Shown: one piece after another, positions 61,056 through 64,000 of the stretch | How positions within the stretch are numbered: position 1 is the stretch's first letter | Layout: the number at the start of each line of letters is the position of its first letter | Source: Candidatus Brocadiia bacterium | GTDB taxonomy: Bacteria; Planctomycetota; Brocadiia; CAIUPP01 | Assembly: GCA_050015075.1 (NCBI GenBank) | Contig: JBEKCB010000002.1 | Span: 160,001-224,000, forward strand | DNA: 64,000 nucleotides | Reading direction: 5' to 3' | Program-made: the position numbers and the translations under genes | The notes under the pieces: generated by a model | The model's database searches: none | Told to the model about the DNA's origin: nothing | Seen by the model: only the letters and a program-made list of their open reading frames with translations

Positions 61056-62348
61056 TTAGAACTTGTAGATGAGGTCCATGGCGAGAGTGAGCTGGCTCTC
61101 GTGGCCATGGCCGAAGGCGTCGGGGTTGTCCGACCAGTCGCACCGGAACTCCGGCCGCAGCACCAGGTTCTTCAGTTGCGCGTGGTTCGGCGCCGGCGTC
61201 AGGCTCGCCCCGATCGTGCTCTCGTAGAGGTCGCCGTTCACCCCGGTCCGCCAGCCGCCGTCGTCGCGCATCTCTTCCAGCCGCCACGTGCCGCTGATAT
61301 AGTCGTTGCAGATGTACGTGAGGTAGTGCGCCGCGCCGTAGGCGTCCGCCCGCTTGTGGGCGATCCCCGGGACGTTCTCCTCGGCGAGCCAGTCGAAGTT
61401 CAGCGACTCGGTCAGCTTGTCGGTCCAGCTCTGATTGATCACCACGTCCGTCAGCGTTCGACAGTCGCTGTTGTCGTCGGTCCGCTCGGGACCGGTGATG
61501 ATGTTGAGCGACGCCTGCGTCTGCGCGTGACCTGAGACCTGCGCCTTGCTCGACCAGCTCACACCGGCCAGGTAGCTCTCGGCGGTGTTATTGTCCTCGA
61601 CCACGTCCCAGCCCTCCACGATGCCGAAGTAGGCGTAGACCTGGGAGCTGAAGATATACTTCGCCACGCCTCCGGTGTGGGTCGTCGGCTCCAGGAAGGT
61701 GTAGATGTCGCTGTGCGAATAGAGCAGGTTGTTCGTCGCCTCGGCCGACTCGCTGCCGACCAGGGTGAGGAACTTTCCGAAGGTCAGCTCCAGCCCGCTC
61801 TCCGAGCCGGTCTTGAACCAGAGCTGGCCGTACGCCTGGAGCACGTCGGCCCACTGGAAGTCGTCGTTGCCCATCCCGCCGATATGGTCGGCCAGGCCCG
61901 CGGCGTGCGTGAATCGGGCGTCGCCGCCGTACAGCAGGTCGAAGCGTCCGCCGAAGTCGAAGCTCTTGGTGCTGTCGTAGGGGCGGTCCAGCGTCAATTG
62001 GACTTGATTGAGGCGCAGGCTGTCCGGCCGCGGCGCGTCGTAATCGCGCAGCGGCAGCGGGCTCTCACCGTTGGTCAGACGGCCGGTGAAACCGATCTCG
62101 GCAGCGCCCCAGAGTCTCAGTCCAAGATCGTCCATCACTTTCCCGATCGAAGTGTCCTTCAAGCTATCCATGATCAGCCCGGGCGGCCAGACCTCCGGCG
62201 CGGCCGCTGGAGGCGGAGTCGCCGGCGCGGACTGGCCGGCGGGCTCGGACGCCGCGCCCGTTGGCGCATCCGCCGCGCAAACATATCCGGCTGCACAAAG
62301 CGAGGCCGCCAAAGCCCTCGCGCTGATTTTCAACCAGTTGCATCTCAT
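61056..62348 (-). CDS. outer-membrane beta-barrel porin, copy 2
   Basis: 430 aa, about 90% identical to 18689..19981 by manual alignment. Confidence 0.8.
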   Translation of the reverse strand: MRCNWLKISARALAASLCAAGYVCAADAPTGAASEPAGQSAPATPPPAAAPEVWPPGLIMDSLKDTSIGKVMDDLGLRLWGAAEIGFTGRLTNGESPLPLRDYDAPRPDSLRLNQVQLTLDRPYDSTKSFDFGGRFDLLYGGDARFTHAAGLADHIGGMGNDDFQWADVLQAYGQLWFKTGSESGLELTFGKFLTLVGSESAEATNNLLYSHSDIYTFLEPTTHTGGVAKYIFSSQVYAYFGIVEGWDVVEDNNTAESYLAGVSWSSKAQVSGHAQTQASLNIITGPERTDDNSDCRTLTDVVINQSWTDKLTESLNFDWLAEENVPGIAHKRADAYGAAHYLTYICNDYISGTWRLEEMRDDGGWRTGVNGDLYESTIGASLTPAPNHAQLKNLVLRPEFRCDWSDNPDAFGHGHESQLTLAMDLIYKF

Positions 62349-62434
62349 CAAGTTGTCTTACCTCTCCGACTGCGCCTCACACGGGGGAAACATATGCCTG
62401 GCAGTTCACCTGCCCCCGCGTTCGGTGTCCACAT

Positions 62435-62450
62435 ATCAAACTGCGTGCCG
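62435..62450 (-). promoter_or_regulatory. sigma54 promoter variant CGGCAC-N5-TTGAT (porin operon)
   Basis: GG-N10-GA; CTAC-N6-GTAT at 62553-62566. Confidence 0.6.
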
Positions 62451-62582
62451 GACCGAACCCCGAATCGCGAAACACATCCTAAGCGGCAACCAAATCGTGG
62501 GTTAGGTGAAGAGAAGCCTTGCCGTTGGAACTGAACGGGCGAGGCTGTAAAGCTACCTGCTGGTATGATGGAGTAACTGAAC

Positions 62583-62819
62583 CTACACAGCGGTGTGGAA
62601 TTGTCGCGCCTGGATTCCGTGCTTGCGGACGCGAAGGCCCATGACGCGTTCGCTCACGCCGAGGCTGCGGGCGGCCCTGGCGATGTTGCCGCGAGAGGCT
62701 CTGAGAGCATCGAGAATGAGGTTCCGCTCGAGATCGTCGAGCGTCTCCTGGAGCGAATGCCGGTGCGCGACGCCGGCGGCCTCGGCGGTCTGAAGCATCG
62801 GCGGGAGATTGCATCCCAT
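62583..62819 (-). CDS. stand-alone Fis-type HTH protein derived from the activator C-terminus
   Basis: 78 aa MGCN-LPPMLQTAE...GNIARAARSLGVSER; alternative start at 62840. Confidence 0.7.
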   Translation of the reverse strand: MGCNLPPMLQTAEAAGVAHRHSLQETLDDLERNLILDALRASRGNIARAARSLGVSERVMGLRVRKHGIQARQFHTAV

Positions 62820-62905
62820 CGAGTCATCTTTCCTCTTCATCTGCACCTCACGCACGGAAAACGTCCGCCTGAAAGCTCCTCGGTCCGACGTTCCATATTC
62901 CCGCC

Positions 62906-62921
62906 ATCAAACCGCGTGCCA
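62906..62921 (-). promoter_or_regulatory. sigma54 promoter variant TGGCAC-N5-TTGAT (HTH gene)
   Basis: GG-N10-GA; CTAC-N6-GTAG at 63024-63037. Confidence 0.6.
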
Positions 62922-63053
62922 AGCTCGATGCCGAGCGAGGAAACACGTCTTAACTGGCTATCAACGCGCAGCTTAGATAGACAGAGGTCTCTCGACCGAA
63001 AGGGAATGGGCGCAACTGGTAAGCTACCCGCAGGTAGGAGTGACTGAATGAAC

Positions 63054-63998
63054 CTACAGAGCGGTTCGGAACCGTTTAGCTTCGATTCCGTGCTTGCGAA
63101 CGCGAAGTCCCATGAGGCGTTCACTCAGGCCGAGGCTGCGTGCGGCCTTCGCCATGTTGCCGCGCGAAGACTTGAGGGCGTCGAAGATGAGTTCACGCTC
63201 GAGTTCGTCGAGCGCCTCCTGCAAGGAACCCTGATGCGCGGTGCCGGTGGCCTCGGCGGTCTGAAGCGTCGGCGGGAGGTGGTGTCCGTGGATGACCTGG
63301 TCGTTGCTCACCAGCACCGCCCGTTCGATGCAGTTCTCCAGCTCGCGCACATTGCCCGGCCAATGGTAACTCATCAGCATGTCAATCGCCGGCGTCGAGA
63401 TCCGCTGGATCCCCTTGTGATTGAGCCGGCTGTACTTCTCGACGAAGAAGTCCACGAGCAGCGGCAGGTCCGTCTTCCGGTCGCGCAAGGGCGGCACGTG
63501 GATCGTGAACACGTTCAGGCGGTAATACAGGTCCTGCCGGAAATTCCCCTCCGCGATCAGATTCTCCACGTCGCGGTTGGTCGCCGCAATGATGCGGACG
63601 TCAGTCTTGATCGTGCCCGTTCCGCCGACGCGCTCGAACTCCTTTTCCTGAAGCACGCGCAGGAGCTTGATCTGCGTCGAGGGCGAGAAATCGCCGACCT
63701 CATCCAGGAAGATCGTCCCGCCCGCGGCCAGTTCGAACCGGCCCTTGCGCTGGTAGATGGCCCCCGTGAACGCGCCCTTCTCGTGACCGAACAGCTCGCT
63801 CTCGATCAACGTCTCCGGCAGCGCGGCGCAGTTAACTTTAATGAACGCCTTCGCGGCGCGCCGGCTGTTGTAATGGATCGCGTGCGCGACCAGCTCCTTG
63901 CCCACGCCGCTCTCGCCGCGGATCAGCACCGTCGTGTCGCTCTTGGCCACGTTCGCGATCAGGTCGTAAACCGCCTGCATCGCGCTGGAATTCCCGAT
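63054..63998 (-). CDS. sigma54-dependent transcriptional activator, NifA-like (5' end outside the window)
   Basis: [38 protein letters not shown]-terminal HTH. Confidence 0.92.
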   Translation of the reverse strand: MGNSSAMQAVYDLIANVAKSDTTVLIRGESGVGKELVAHAIHYNSRRAAKAFIKVNCAALPETLIESELFGHEKGAFTGAIYQRKGRFELAAGGTIFLDEVGDFSPSTQIKLLRVLQEKEFERVGGTGTIKTDVRIIAATNRDVENLIAEGNFRQDLYYRLNVFTIHVPPLRDRKTDLPLLVDFFVEKYSRLNHKGIQRISTPAIDMLMSYHWPGNVRELENCIERAVLVSNDQVIHGHHLPPTLQTAEATGTAHQGSLQEALDELERELIFDALKSSRGNMAKAARSLGLSERLMGLRVRKHGIEAKRFRTAL

Positions 63999-64000
63999 GA

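Larger units (their letters stand above)
62337..63278 (-). repeat. diverged tandem duplication, two 471-bp units (62337-62807 and 62808-63278)
   Basis: constant 471-bp offset of stop codons, activator sites, sigma54 boxes and ATGs. Confidence 0.85.

Noticed and set aside
62583-62819. Treating the HTH copy as a pseudogene or assembly duplicate
   Set aside because: The copies are clearly diverged with frame, start and promoter intact; function remains unproven
63054-63998. Calling the activator nifA or inferring nitrogen fixation
   Set aside because: The sensory domain is outside the window, no nif genes are present, and I saw no TGT-N10-ACA sites at the promoters

Overview
GC-rich bacterial chromosomal window. 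The zinc-ribbon protein, porin type, long KdpC and repeat types suggest Planctomycetota/PVC (inference). No rRNA, tRNA, CRISPR array or transposase was recognised. From left to right: (1) miscellaneous genes, an amidase-apbE pair, and a divergent pair encoding a flavinylated DsbD-like/FMN-bind/4Fe-4S membrane protein and a signal-anchored AmmeMemoRadiSam radical SAM enzyme; (2) a catabolic gene run (M55 D-aminopeptidase, secreted beta-helix/CBM protein, class II aldolase, uronate-isomerase-like enzyme, two creatininase-family enzymes, beta-propeller); (3) porin, small peptide and kdpFABC, then ClC and a lactonase; (4) a reverse operon of DUF4838-like protein, two beta-propellers and a non-pyrrolysine MttB, whose promoter shares a 13-bp site with region 2; (5) an uncharacterised 14-kb envelope system with three OPT-like transporters, two FtsX/MacB-type permeases (one fused to an apparently inactive M28/PA ectodomain) and two LolD-type ATPases; (6) a sigma54 nitrogen regulon: NifA-like activator, a stand-alone HTH gene created by a 471-bp tandem duplication, a second porin copy, an APC permease fused to a PII domain, PII, amtB-glnK, glnA and gltBD. 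All family calls come from reading motifs by eye; no database searches were run.
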